NCBI RefSeq assembly: GCF_009914755.1
Contig: NC_060933.1
Direction: 5' to 3' (one strand)
From: the human T2T-CHM13v2.0 reference genome, Homo sapiens
Length of the DNA: 64,000 nt
Positions 1 to 12,780 of this stretch are shown here, piece by piece (position 1 is the first letter of the stretch; every line of letters begins with the position of its first letter). The notes beneath the pieces are model-generated. The model was not told where the DNA came from and made no database searches. It saw nothing but the letters and a program-made list of their open reading frames with translations. The position numbers were made by a program, and so were the translations under genes.

Positions 1-229
1 TTTAGAAATTCCTAAAATATCTAGCTTTTATTTGATCTTAATGTAAAACAATCAGTATACTCTAAGGCTACAAAATTCATCCCTTACTAAATTTGACAGA
101 AACAAAAAAAATAGTGAAAAAAGATCTGTGATTTAGCAATAAGAACACATTATTATTCTTGTTATTGTGTCATTGAATATAACATATATAGTATGACATA
201 TAAAACATGCACTGATACTAAGAACGACT

Positions 230-490
230 TGATTTTTTTTACAGTATGTTTACATGTGTATAACTACAAATGAGATAAAAAATATGGAATATTTCCAGAA
301 CTTGGAGAGTTTCACTTCTGCACTTTCCAGGCTATATCTCCCTCTACAGAAGTAATCACTAATATGACATCTATATTTATTAATTTGACTTTTATATAAC
401 AATATGTAATGAAATCATATAAATAGAATTGTACAGTATTCAGTATATAATTTTATATCTTGTTCTTTGTAACATCTTGTTTTTGATAGA
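230..490 (-). mobile_element. Old L1 (L1ME-like) 3' end fragment
   Basis: Degenerate antisense L1M 3'UTR motifs ('ggaatatttccagaac', 'aaatcatataaatagaattgtacagtat'). Confidence 0.4.
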
Positions 491-691
491 ATTTAAAAAA
501 TGTAGATAATTTTCAAATTGTCAAAAATAAAATTTAAATATCAGTATTAATTTTTTTAAACTTAATATTCATTATTAAAAAAACTATTCTTTGAGCAGTT
601 AAATGTTATTGGCTGTGGAATTTTTCTTTGCATAAGCAATAAAAGTACATAAGGCAATAAAAGTGAATAATAGATCTTGACAAATTTATGC

Positions 692-1183
692 TGTGGTGAT
701 AGATAAGCATGAATAAAGCTGCCAATTATGCCTTCTGTCCCTCCAAGAGCAGATCATTTCTCTCTGAATCCGGGCTAGTTTTGCTACTTCTTTTGTTTAT
801 TGGAATGCAATAGAAAGGATGTTGTGCCAGTTCTGGCCTAAGTTCTTAAGGTCTTGCAGCTTTCCTCTTTACTAGTTTGTGCACTCTCTCTTGAATACTG
901 GTCATTATATTGCAAGGAAGTCCAGGTAACTTGCTGAAAACAGAAGACTCATGGAAAGGCCCTGAAGAATGAGCCACACCACGGAGAGATGCCCCATAGA
1001 AGAAAACTGAAGTGTGCTGGCTCAGCTCACAGTTGAGTGCAAACACATGCATTATCACTGTTAACTAATATGAAGCAGAAGAACCATGTATTCAACCCAC
1101 AGAATTATGAAAAATAATACATTTGTGTTGTTTGGCTCCAATACATTTTAGAGTGGTTTGTTACACAAACAACAAATACCCAT
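692..1183 (+). mobile_element. MaLR LTR (MLT1G/H-like)
   Basis: Starts TGTGG. Has MLT1-type 'gccagttctggcctaag' and the 3' block 'aacccacagaattatgaaaaataatacatttgtgttgttt...gtggtttgttacac'. Confidence 0.7.
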
Positions 1184-1406
1184 AGATGGCTGAAAAAGAA
1201 AAAATGCACTTGGAACTCACATGAAAGCAGTCATTCGCATTGTATTTAAGAAGAACATGGAATACTTTAAAATGCAGTAGAAACTTAAATTTCTGCAATA
1301 ATTATTAAAATTTCATAAATAATAATATTTAGAAGAATGGGTCGGTATAATTTTTTAAGCAATTAAATAGCACATTTTTCTTCATTTGTTATTGATAAAA
1401 ATTTAT

Positions 1407-1856
1407 TGTATGTCAGCTTGCAACAGTGTTCCCAGTTCTTTGCATCCTTCTATTATTAGAATAATATATATCCATGCCCTTTGTACGTCCCATTAAAATG
1501 GAATTACTGCCTTTGTCCCTCTCTGGTTGTGTGGGTTTGATCATGGGATTTGCACTTGGTAATAGAATTTGAGTAGAATTAACATTAAGCCAGTTTCTAA
1601 CTGAGGCTTTGAGATATATCATATTTCTACACACTTTTCTGGCACTTCTATGGTTTGATATAAGGAAAACATACTCTACATAGCCACAGATCAATAGCTG
1701 CTGTAAACCAAACCCAGATTTTCCCTGCTGAGTACCGTAGTGCCTTAATCAAAATACCCAGGGAGCAAGAAAAATAATATCTGACTATATAAATTACTGA
1801 GGCTTTGAGGTTGTTTTTTGAGGGGAATGTAGGAGAGTTGGTAACTGACTAATACA
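1407..1856 (+). mobile_element. MaLR LTR (MLT1I/J-like)
   Basis: MLT1 motifs 'gatcatgggatttgcacttggtaatagaat' and 'actgaggctttgaggttgtt'. Ends 'taactgactaataca'. Confidence 0.6.
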
Positions 1857-1974
1857 AATTTAATCATGTCCTATGTGTTATTGCAATCCCTTCATAAAAT
1901 AATACTAGTTTACAATCTTTAGAAATATCATAGCCTAATTCAGAACATTATGAGAATGATCTTGATAACACAAG

Positions 1975-2009
1975 TTATACAATATATACATTTTGTATAT
2001 ATTGTATAA
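1975..2009. repeat. Perfect 16-bp inverted repeat with 3-nt loop
   Basis: ttatacaatatataca-ttt-tgtatatattgtataa. Confidence 0.9.
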
Positions 2010-2057
2010 GCCAATATCGACAAATGGGATCTAATTAAACTAAAGAGCTTTTGCACA
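2008..2057 (+). mobile_element. Isolated 50-bp L1PA ORF2 fragment
   Basis: 47/50 identical, ungapped, to 21560-21609 of the L1PA in this window. Confidence 0.85.
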
Positions 2058-2059
2058 AA

Positions 2060-2665
2060 TTACCTTTAAGGACACACGCAGTCTGAAACTGAAGGAACAT
2101 AAAAATATATTCCATGTGAAAGTAAATCAAAAGACAGCAAGAATAGCTATACTTATCAGATAAAATAGACTTTAAGTAAAAAACTGTAAACAGAGACAAA
2201 AGAGATCATTATACAATGATACAGGAGTCAATTCATCAAGAGAATATAACCACTATAAATATATATGCGCCCAACATTCAAACACCTAAATAGATAAAGC
2301 AAATATTAATAGATCTTAAAGGAGAGATAAACTGCAATATAATAATAATATGGGACTTCAGTACCCTACTTTTCAAAATGGACAGATCATCCAAACAGAC
2401 ATTCAATAAAGAAATGATGGACTTGAACAACACTATATAGAAAAGTGACCTAACTGACACATACAGATTTTTCTACCCGACAACAGCAAAATTCACATTC
2501 TTCTCAAGTGCACACAAAACATTTTCCAGAATAGATCATTTGTTAGGACAAAAAATCCTAATAAATTTAATATGATTGAAATGACATCAAGTATCTCTTT
2601 TTACCATGATGGTATAAAACAAGAAAACAATAACAGAAGGGAATTTAGAAAATTCACAGATATGT
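2060..2665 (+). mobile_element. Old L1 (L1M) ORF2 endonuclease-region fragment
   Basis: L1 EN-domain sequence ('atagctatacttatcagataaaatagactt', 'gacagatcatccaaacagacattcaataaagaaa', 'cacattcttctcaagtgcacac'). Confidence 0.8.
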
Positions 2666-3494
2666 CCTGGAGAATCTCAACCTATTTCTCCAGGGATCAC
2701 GTGCCCATTTTACTGGGATTGTCATTTAAGATCTTTAAAATGTCTTGACAGTTACTCAATCTTCAGTGTACTATAGAACTCTTCAGAAAAAAAAATAGAA
2801 ATAACAAATGGAATTATAAACTAAAAATATAAAACCCTCAAACTTTCATGTCTAAAATATACTATTGAGGGCTTTATGAAAAATACACTCAACCACTTCT
2901 GTTTATTTTTTTTCTTTCCCTTACAAATTACTAACAAGCCAAATCATTTATGTAAGAATACCATCTTTAACACTAAAGACCTTATTGCAAGCAGACATGA
3001 CAAAATAATATGTGGGGCTTATGAAATTCACATGCTGTTATTATCAATTGATAGTGGCCCACTTTCTTCAACATCCTTCTAAGTCATCCTTGTATTACCT
3101 AAAATCCAGAGACTGTCTTCTAGAAGATTCAGAGAAAGGTAGCCCTTGATCCCTAGTAATGGATGTTACCAGGTATTATCAAGAATAAGCACAGCAATAA
3201 AATTGCAAGGCAATAATTATTAGATGTATAATTTCCATGAATTCATAGATTACTGAAAACTGTTCTACCCTGAGACTTCAAACTTAAGAATAAAATGATT
3301 TTCATGAAGAAGCAGTATCCACCTAAGATGTTTCTGATTTAGAAGATTGCTGTGTGAAGTATTTAGCTTCTTCCTAAATCCAATGGAACAAAACCCAGGT
3401 TTAATTTTCATGTACTTACTTATTTCCCTCACTGTCTAATACTCCTATATTTAGTTCTGAGGAATTTTCATCTTGGAAATAAGAACTATACTCC

Positions 3495-3497
<3 letters not shown>

Positions 3498-3527
<30 letters not shown>
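3498..3527. repeat. T30 homopolymer
   Basis: 30 consecutive T. Confidence 0.95.
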
Positions 3528-3529
<2 letters not shown>

Positions 3530-3733
3530 CACAGTGTGATCTGGTGTAGAAGTGAACTATCAACTCTGATCATCCATCTGTTAATACTTGTCTGTGTTGC
3601 AGTTCTCATATATATAATGTTCAGAGTCTCAAAGTTTGCTGTATATTTTTAATCACATCATACTATTTGAGAAATGACCATTTGACAAATGTTCAAACAC
3701 ATCTGACACATATGCAGGTTAAAACTCATCACA

Positions 3734-4051
<318 letters not shown>

Positions 4052-4559
4052 TCAATATGCTAGAACAATATGTCAGAGGTATATATCTGGAACGAATATG
4101 TTCCCAGATTATTTTCTAGTCTAGGCTGAAAAATGACTTAAAAAGAACACCAAGAACAGAAACAAACATTTTACATATTACTCTGAGTGTAAAATAGTTA
4201 TAAACACTTGGTTTTAAAATTTAGCATCATCTTTAAAGGCAGAATTTTCTCCTATCCTATGATTAAAAGGTTTTCCTTCTAAAATCTGAAAAAAATTACA
4301 CTGGCCCATGTAGATCTGGAGATATAAACAGGAGGATAAATAGCATCTTTGTTAATAGCACAAACAATGTAAATGGTCATTGACAGGGGAATGAAAAAAA
4401 TGTATCATTTACAGAGTACAGTTATATTTATCAGTAACAATGAGTGTACCGCATGTAATAGACTATAAGAAAATTAGTGACACAATGTCATAGAATAAAA
4501 GCAAGTGATAGATATATGATGACTTCTTCATAAAATGCCTAAATGAGCAGAATTTTTTT

Positions 4560-5545
4560 TAATTGTTACTACCAGAGCAGGGCAAGGAGCATTGAGAGAT
4601 CTACAAAACTACTATTTTAAATAGGTTGACCAAAAAGACTTACTGCAGTAAAATTCACATAAAAACTTCAAGACTGTAAAGAAGTCAACCATTTGTCCAT
4701 TTAAGAGGTGAGAGCTTCAGATAGAGGGAACAGGTGAAGTGAAAGCCCTTAAAGGCATGCCCAACTACTGTCCAATTCAGATTTTCCATTGGAAATATTT
4801 TAGTCACACCATCACTTTCTCTGTGCTCTGGAGTCTCTCTCAAATTAGGCAATTACTACTTAAAATGTAATACATCATTTCCTGTGAAAAGCCTAACTTG
4901 AAATATAGAAACTCATATAGATTCTTCCCTTTTTTGCTTACTTCTAACAGAATGATTAGTATACTATTTACAAGTTTTGTTTTCTACTGTCTCTTCACAT
5001 TTGAATCTGAGTACCTTTCAAGTGTTGAGTTAATCTCAATAACTGAATTTCTGTTATGCAGCACCATCCCAGCACATAGTAGGCAGTCGGTATAAGTTAT
5101 CAAGAGAATGAATAAAAAACTATGTAAATGATGAAAGAGAAATAAAATATTCTCAGGACATAATTATTGGATTAGGCTAGGATATATTAAATTACAAAGT
5201 ACTCAACTTTAGTATAAGAAAAACCATAAAACACACACACACATATATATATACACACACATATATGTATATATACACAAATTCAAATATATCACTGCAC
5301 AGCCTCTACCATTATGCAGCCTACACAAAAGTAATAGAGGTAAGTATTAAGAAGTAATCATGCTACAAGAATAAATGTGTGAGCTATGAGGGAATAACAG
5401 GTGGCCTAATATGGACTAGGTTCAAGGAGAGGCTGTTATTAAAATGAAAAACTGAGAACTTAACAGTGAATAGGACTTAGATGATGAATAGGAGAAAATG
5501 TGTTCCAAGGAATGAAAATAGCTGGTACAAATGCCCTAAGATCAA
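4560..5545. mobile_element. Cluster of L2 fragments on both strands
   Basis: L2 3' end 'cccagcacatagtaggcag...gaatgaat' (~5065-5115). Antisense L2-like 'gagggaacaggtgaagtgaaagcc' and 'ctggtacaaatgccctaag'. Confidence 0.5.
5231..5278. repeat. (CA)n/(TA)n compound microsatellite
   Basis: Read directly from the sequence. Confidence 0.8.
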
Positions 5546-6573
5546 GTTTTACAAAATATAATAGGCAGAACAAATTCATAAAATGTACAAACATGCTAAA
5601 TCATTGAACAGGTAAATATATGTTTTATACAATAAGGAAAGTTTAGCTTAAAACTGCATTTTTTATTCTTCATATATTTTTAATATTCTGTATTTTGTGG
5701 CTAAATGAGTAATGTCTCTAAGGTTAACCAGAGCGAATTAAACAAACCAGCTCTGGCTCTTTATTTTTAATTTTGCCTTAAACAAAACTTATTAAAATTG
5801 CAATTGGGACATATCAACTGTATTTCAAGAAATATGCATGCTAAAATGGGAAATAATTATTCAAAATACAAATCTTTTAAAAATAGCAAGTAATATTCAG
5901 ATTTATTATTAAAATAAAAATAATATCTTTATAATTCATATTTATTTTTAAAAATGTGTCATTTTTCAGCATAAAAATGACCTCCAGTTGTTGACAAATA
6001 GTGATAAAATGAAACATGAACTCCACAGGGTTAACGCTTCTGACTTAAGAAGCATAAATTTCTTATATTCAATGTGCGGAATGGAAATTGTCAGTGATGC
6101 ACATTATCTTTGTGGGAAAAGAATTTTTTTAAAAGCTCACTTCTAGCTTAAAGAAAAAGCAGGCACTGTATCATCAAATAATAACTGGCATAATAAAAAT
6201 TCACAATAACTTTCCTGGAAAAGTACCTCTCAGTGATATAATGTCTGTCAGATATGTCAGTCATATGAAATGTTTAACTTACCAAGGTAAGTAAAGATTC
6301 TAAAAAAGAAAACAATCTATCTTGAATTATCTCACAGAAAGGATTAAAGATTACTTAAAAAAGCTGTAAGAGTTTCCTTCTTATGCAGTTTGGTAAAATG
6401 TTAGAAAAGGAGGAAGCAAATCATTACACATTTTTAGCCACATTTTCTTTTCTGGCTCTATTTCCAATTAGATCATGTTAATTAAAAGGAATCATTTGTT
6501 CTAATATTTAGCTGCAAGTTATTAGGACATTTTTCAGGACCCACTAGACTTTCCTTTTTTTTTAGAATAAGTC

Positions 6574-7101
6574 TTTATTTTTTTTTATTATAATTTAAGC
6601 TGTGGGATACATGTGCAGAACGTGCGGGTTTGTTACATAGGTATACACGTGCCATGGTGGTTTGCTGTACCCATCAACCTGTCATCTACGTTAGGTATTT
6701 CTCCTAATGCTATGCCTCCGCTAGTCCTCCCCCTCCTGACAGGCCCCCATGTGTGATGTTCCCCTCCCTGTGTCCATGTGTTCTCACTGTTCAACTCCCA
6801 CTTATGACTGAGGACACGTGATATTTGGTTTTCTATTCCTGTGTTAGTTTCCTGAGAATGATGGTTTCCAGCTTCATCCATGTCTCTGCAAAGGACATGA
6901 ACTCATCCTTTTTTATGGCTGCATAGTATTCTATGGTGTATATATGCCACATTTTCTTTATCCAGTCTATCATTGATAGGCATTTGGATTTGTTCCAAGT
7001 GTTTGTTATTGTGAATAGTGCTGCAATAAACATACGTGTGCATGTATCTTTATAGTAGAATGATTTATACTCCTTTGGGCATATACCCAGTAATGGGATC
7101 G
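6574..7101 (-). mobile_element. 5'-truncated L1PA 3' end (L1PA7/8-like)
   Basis: Poly-T tail followed by L1PA 3'UTR. ORF 6833..7192 encodes the ORF2 C-terminus (WIKKMWHIYTIEYYAAIKKDEF). Degenerate TSD ttttagaataag / ttttaaaacaag. Confidence 0.93.
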
Positions 7102-7319
7102 CTTTTAAAACAAGAAATGTATCATAATTTAAATCATCACCCTTCATATCCCCATTTGTCTCAGCCCAGTAATCACCATACTCAGAGTACAATCATCACC
7201 ATATTAGTCCACTCACCTTAAAAACTTAATTCCTTGCACCTTTCCTCCCCTCAAACTCTTTCACTGGGTCTTCTGTACTTTAGACATGTGATTTAAACAA
7301 ATCTTCTCCAAACTCAAGA

Positions 7320-7870
7320 CCTTTGCTTGATGTTTCCTTCATCTTTTCAGTCTTGGTGAGAACTGGTGTTCTCTTTATTGATGAAACAATTGTCTCTGTA
7401 GGCTTCTCTAGCAGGAGACTTTTTCTTTATTTCATTCCTTATAACTAGGCACCAGGAGGTAGTGTAGGTATTTTTTTCTATATTCCACTCTAAAATGCAA
7501 ATCAATTCTCTTAGCTACTCCTTCAAAATGTCAGCTTCTTTGAACTTCATGTCATCTAACCAACTAAAATGAAAACATTACCCCTCCTTCTAATTTATCA
7601 TTGGCCAATCGCTTAGGTATCTATAACACACGTTTCAATCACTGAATAATATTTTGCCTTCTACTTCACTTTGTCTTCTCTATTTCTACATTGGTCACCA
7701 CCTCAGTGACTTCAGTATCCATATGGGTAATCCACAACATAAAACTGTTCACTTTCCTGTGTCCTGTATCTCATAATTGAGTGCTAGTGAAATACCACAA
7801 GATGACAATATGGTCACATATTGGAAATGATCATATCTATTAATTTTCATAAATTCCGAGTTACAGGTAT
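7320..7870 (+). mobile_element. L2 internal (ORF2) fragment
   Basis: L2-like 'ctttgaacttcatgtcatc' and 'gtgacttcagtatccatatgggtaatcc'. Confidence 0.45.
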
Positions 7871-8429
7871 TTTCCATTTCATCACATAATAATTAAGAAT
7901 TAATAAAATTACTAATTTTTACTGTACCATCAAGGATAATCTTAAGTTAAACCTACTTATCTTTATTCTTCCTTTTAATCATGGTAATGACAGAAAATAA
8001 CTACTAGTATTGTTTGGTGCTGCTTCCAAAACTCATGAAATGGCAACAGAAATTTCTTTTGTACTATTGTTGCAAAATGTTAATGCAGTAAAAGGAAATA
8101 ACACCTTAGTATTATTTTTCAATTATTTTGCTATTACAAATCTTCTGAAAGTGTCTGGGAAATGCTCATGGGTCAGAACGAAAATGAAAACAACTGTTCT
8201 AGAATATTCATTTGAAAGTGAAGAAAACTTCATCTGAAGCATATATTTTAAATTAGATGCAGAATTTCTGATGTTCTGATATTTCTAGGATACTGAAATA
8301 GACAGAAGATGGGTGTTTAATGTGGTTTTTACAACAGAGCAAGAAATAGCATACACCATCTTTTGATTCTTAAGAATGGTGACGATTTTGAAAAATAGAG
8401 GAAAGGAGGTTTAAAAGAAAGGTCTACAG

Positions 8430-8795
8430 TTAAGCATTCAAAGGTTTGAATACTATGTTCAAGGGAATGATTGAAGGAACAGGGGGTGATTAATAATTAA
8501 TAGAAAATAGAGATACAGTAGAAATATTTAATTATTTAATGAGTTATATTATTAAATTGTAAGACTTCTTTCCATGTTGTTTAGGGGGCAAACCAAAAAC
8601 CATTAGGTAGAGATACAAGGAAGCAGAATTTAGCTTAAAGATAATTTCTAATTATTATGCCAATCTTGTGAAGTTCTCACTGAAAATATTAATGTTAAAG
8701 TAGATTCGCATTTGTTCGATCATGCTCCAAGGATAAATGATGCTTAGAAGAAAAGCACTCTATGACTTCTGAGGTGCCTTGCCAAACTAAAATTT
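8430..8795 (+). mobile_element. L3/CR1 3' fragment
   Basis: CR1-like 'gattgaaggaacagggg' and 'caaggaagcagaatttagctt'. 3' end 'atgacttctgaggtgccttgccaaact'. Confidence 0.55.
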
Positions 8796-9829
8796 TATTT
8801 TTTGCTTTAATACACTGTAGTGCTCAAATATATTATTTAAGGCCTAAAGTATATTACAGTTTAGATATTCAACCAAATGTTTTTTCCTCTAATACAACCC
8901 ACATAAGGAAACTTGACTTTATCTAGGCTTGGGATATCCTTACATCACACGGAAGCTCTCTCCCCAACAGATCACCTCATGGTTTAATCTTTAAAACATG
9001 TTCTTGTCTAACCTACTTTACCTATTAAATATAAAAATTATTTAAAAGTGACTCCAACAGTGTCCAATAACTGGACCCTAAAAGACATTTAAGAAATCAA
9101 CTTTCTTTTACAGTTAAAATGTATACTACTTGGTTAGAATCTTTTGCACTTCAAAGGCAGGAAAGAGGAAGAGATTGCCATCTTTAAAAGTTTGAGGGCC
9201 AGAGTAGCTAATCAAAGTCTACTGCCAGAGGACATTTTTAAAAATTAACTTTATTTCACATTTCTATGATACAGTTATTTTGGGATTTAGCAGTTTTTAG
9301 ATATGTATATACTGCCTCTGAATTTTAGATAGTCTCCTCATAGCCTAAATTGGCTCTTTGGTAGGTAATAATTCTCGAATGTGGTGGAGAGGTCTGCATA
9401 TTCAGATACACAATCTAACATGTTCTGATTATGGGATTTCAATGAGACCTCTGATTACTAGATACCTGTAATGTGTAGAAGAGCTAAACATTAGGCTCCG
9501 AAGTTCCTCTACTTAGCTTCCCAGAACAATAAATTTCATATAGAAACAAGATTGATAGAAAAAAATAGATTCACCTTTGCATGGTACATTCCCAAACTGC
9601 CCAATATATTTAATTAGTAATTCTCTGAATCTGAGTAATAAGAACCAAGAAAGAAAAAAATAAATAAAATGACTATTGGTGCTATAACTTAAAGCTTATA
9701 TAACTTGAAAAGTTTTGCTTGAATCTAACTATCTAATTGTTAAAGACAAACATCAATCAAATTTTAATATGAGTAAAAAATAATTAGTCATGGCTGTTCT
9801 ATACAATATTTTTTTTTAATTTGGATACA

Positions 9830-10340
9830 CTTAACAATATACTTTTGCACTTTTAAACTTAAACTGCTTATTATAAAAGCAGTATGTGCACATTTAAAAA
9901 TATTCCAAAAATAAAGACTTCTTTCTTGTTGCCTTGTTTCTCTTTCCAGGGTAAAATATTTTGCTCATGCTCTCTCAGAAATTCTTTGCGTATATATGCC
10001 AGTTTTAAAATAGAATTATATTTTATATATTGCACATATTTTTAATTCCTTTCATTTTTTACTATATCTTTGAGATTCTTACATGTCAATACATACCAAT
10101 TTTTCACTTTCTTAACAGTTTAATAGTATATTACTGTATAGACACACTATAATTTGCATGAGCAGTCCTAGATGAACATATTAATTCCAGTGTTACTTGA
10201 AAAATCAAGTTACAATAAATAGTATTATCCATATATTTTAGCATACCTATAATATTTTATTTTGTGACATTTTTTATAATCGGGCTTGCTGAATTAAATG
10301 CCAAATGTGTGTAACAGTTTTGTAAATATAGCCAGATCCT
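9830..10340 (-). mobile_element. Old L1 (L1ME-like) 3' fragment
   Basis: 'ttaacagtttaatagtatattactgtatagacacactataatttg' and 'tgctgaattaaatgcc...atagccagat'. Confidence 0.5.
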
Positions 10341-10749
10341 AATATTCAGTTTCTGTTATCCTATGATAACTTTAGCCTCATTTTAGGTTTCTAGTAAATA
10401 TAAATTTGTAAACTGAGAATGAGGTCTATAGTGTAGAACAATGATCAAATGAAGGCATATAGCTTCTCAGTGATATATGATGCTTTTTGTTCCATATCTG
10501 TTAAGTACAAATGAAAATTGATCTGCTGTTTTATTCAGAGTTGGTTCAATATGACTTACAAATGAGGTTCAGTTTGATAGATCTTATTTGTTAAACACAA
10601 AGTATCATAGTTTATTGATTCTATGATATTTTAAAAATATTTATATAAATAATATTTATATTTATTTGTATTTTGCTCCCCAAAAGCTATTTTTTAAAAG
10701 ACCTGGTTATACAAATAATGGTATTTTACAGTTGAGGGAATAGATAATT

Positions 10750-11520
10750 AAAATATTAATGTTACCACATTAACAGACCTAAAGAAAAATGTGATTATTT
10801 TCATAGATGCTGAAAAGAGTTTCATAAAATTTTAATAAACATTTCTGATGAAAACACACATTTTATATTAATACATAGACTCTTACCATTGCAAAGCACA
10901 TATATCTCATTATGGACTTACATTTCTTCCTAATGGGAATAACTTTGAAGTATTCCCAGTAAGGATAGAAAAAGGGCAGTGTTGTTCACAGAATAGCCCT
11001 TTGCTATTTAACATTTTATTCAAAATATCAGACAATGCAATTAGACAGGAAATAAAAAACTGGAGACAAAAAAATTCCAAAGAAGTAATAAAGTTTTTAT
11101 CTTTATGAATGATTTGTTTGGATAACTGGAATAGTCATGAATAATTAATAAACATAAATGAATTGAAGATGTAGCAGGGAAGAAATATACAATAAGTGGC
11201 TCATATTCTCAAGAAATAACCACTTAGAAAATATAATAAAGCAAAACTTATTATAGCAAGAAAAAACTATAAAATAGAAACACATTTTAAAAGTTTTAAA
11301 AACAAATGTGAAGAGATATTTAAAACATTAATAAAAGACACAAAAGTCTATTTGGAAAAAGGAACAGATATTTGTTTTGAGATAAGAGAATTTAACATTG
11401 CAAAGATGACAATTCTACCGAAATAAGCTTATATATTTAGCACAATCCTAGTAAAAATGCCAAGATATGTCCCTGACTGAGCCAGACCAGCCGTATCTAT
11501 CATGCGTATGAAAAATGCAT
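10750..11520 (+). mobile_element. Old L1M ORF2 RT-region fragment
   Basis: 'catagatgctgaaaagag' (IDAEK), 'caatgcaattagacaggaaataa', 'aacattgcaaagatgacaattctacc'. Confidence 0.7.
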
Positions 11521-11679
11521 ATGAAAAATTTCCATTTTTTATCTATGAGGCAATGTCTAATATTAGACTCACCATCTCGAGGTAAACATTAAAAACACTA
11601 TACAAAAGATGAAAATAACAGTTTTTTTGATAACAGACAATAAGCAAAGAGGACTTTGTTCTCTGATAGAAATATTCAA

Positions 11680-12400
11680 ATAAGACAAAACCTAGCATTG
11701 GCCTGCTTTTCTGCCCACAGCACTATCTGGACCTTGGCATAGAGAGAGTAGTTTAAGAAACACAAATTTGTCTTTGGTTTCCTTTGGTTGAGAAGAGGGA
11801 AATAAAAATTTGGAAGGATCAAGACAGTGAAAATAGAGCTGAAAACTAGAGAGAAGGAAGCTACACAGAAAAGGAAACAAATCTGCATAGAGGTTTTATG
11901 TATTTCAGGCTGAATATTAAGCTGTGAATGTGAGTGAAGCTTTACAAACTGTAACTTAAACAATTTGAAGAGTGTGTGTACACACACTACCATCACCACC
12001 GCCAAAACCACCACCACCACCGAACAACAATCAAACAGAAAACATGATGTAAGCTTAACAATTACAAGACCTCCTACAATGATGAGAAACATTTGAGTTT
12101 TAACCAGCCCTAGTAGGAAAAATATGGAACATTTAATAGAGAACCCAGAGGGTTATGCCTTACTAGTAGGGCTCTCAGGTTAGATGTACTAATTACTAAC
12201 TACTGCTATAGTTATTGGTACCAATTACCTCAATTAGTACTGGTAAAGTCTACTCTAGACCTGCCCTAATAAAACCTTCAAACAAGACTTGAATGCACCA
12301 AGGTGACCTGAAAACTACTTAATCATTTACCTAAATGAGTTTCAACACTTATAAAGGAAGACAATAAAATCCTAACACTCTACACATTATTTTTTAATAT
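11680..12400 (+). mobile_element. Old L1M 5' region fragment
   Basis: L1MC/MD-type 5' motifs ('gaaggaagctacacagaaaag', 'ggttatgccttactagtagggct', 'ctactctagacctgccctaataaaacc'). Confidence 0.5.
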
Positions 12401-12484
12401 AGCACTCTGATGTAAATCATTAATGCAATATAATCCAAAAGAAAAAACACAAAATAATAAACTTTCCTCATATGTATGACTAGT

Positions 12485-12780
12485 AAGTATACTTTAATAT
12501 TATTCTATATTATGGTAATATAGTAATATAATAATAATATTACTATAATATATATTATAACATGGATTATATATTACCCATTAAATAGTAATATATAGTG
12601 TGTATATAGTAGTAATATTACTATATTATAGTATCATGTATTATTAGAATATATATTATGATATAGCAAAATACTATAATGTAATATAGCATATAGTACA
12701 TTATAGTAACATACTATATTATATTACTATAATATGTTACTATAACCTTATAGTATTAGAGTAATGTTACTAATAATTTT
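12485..12780. repeat. AT-rich low-complexity tract of (TATAG/TATTAC)-type units
   Basis: Degenerate repeats of atatagta/tactatat in both orientations. Confidence 0.8.

Noticed and set aside
631-664. Short tandem duplication containing two AATAAA motifs
   Set aside because: A common micro-duplication in AT-rich DNA, with no upstream exon to support a polyA site.
11676-12092. 138-aa hydrophobic ORF on the minus strand
   Set aside because: Antisense of an A-rich L1 5' fragment plus (CAC)n and (CA)n runs; a compositional artefact.
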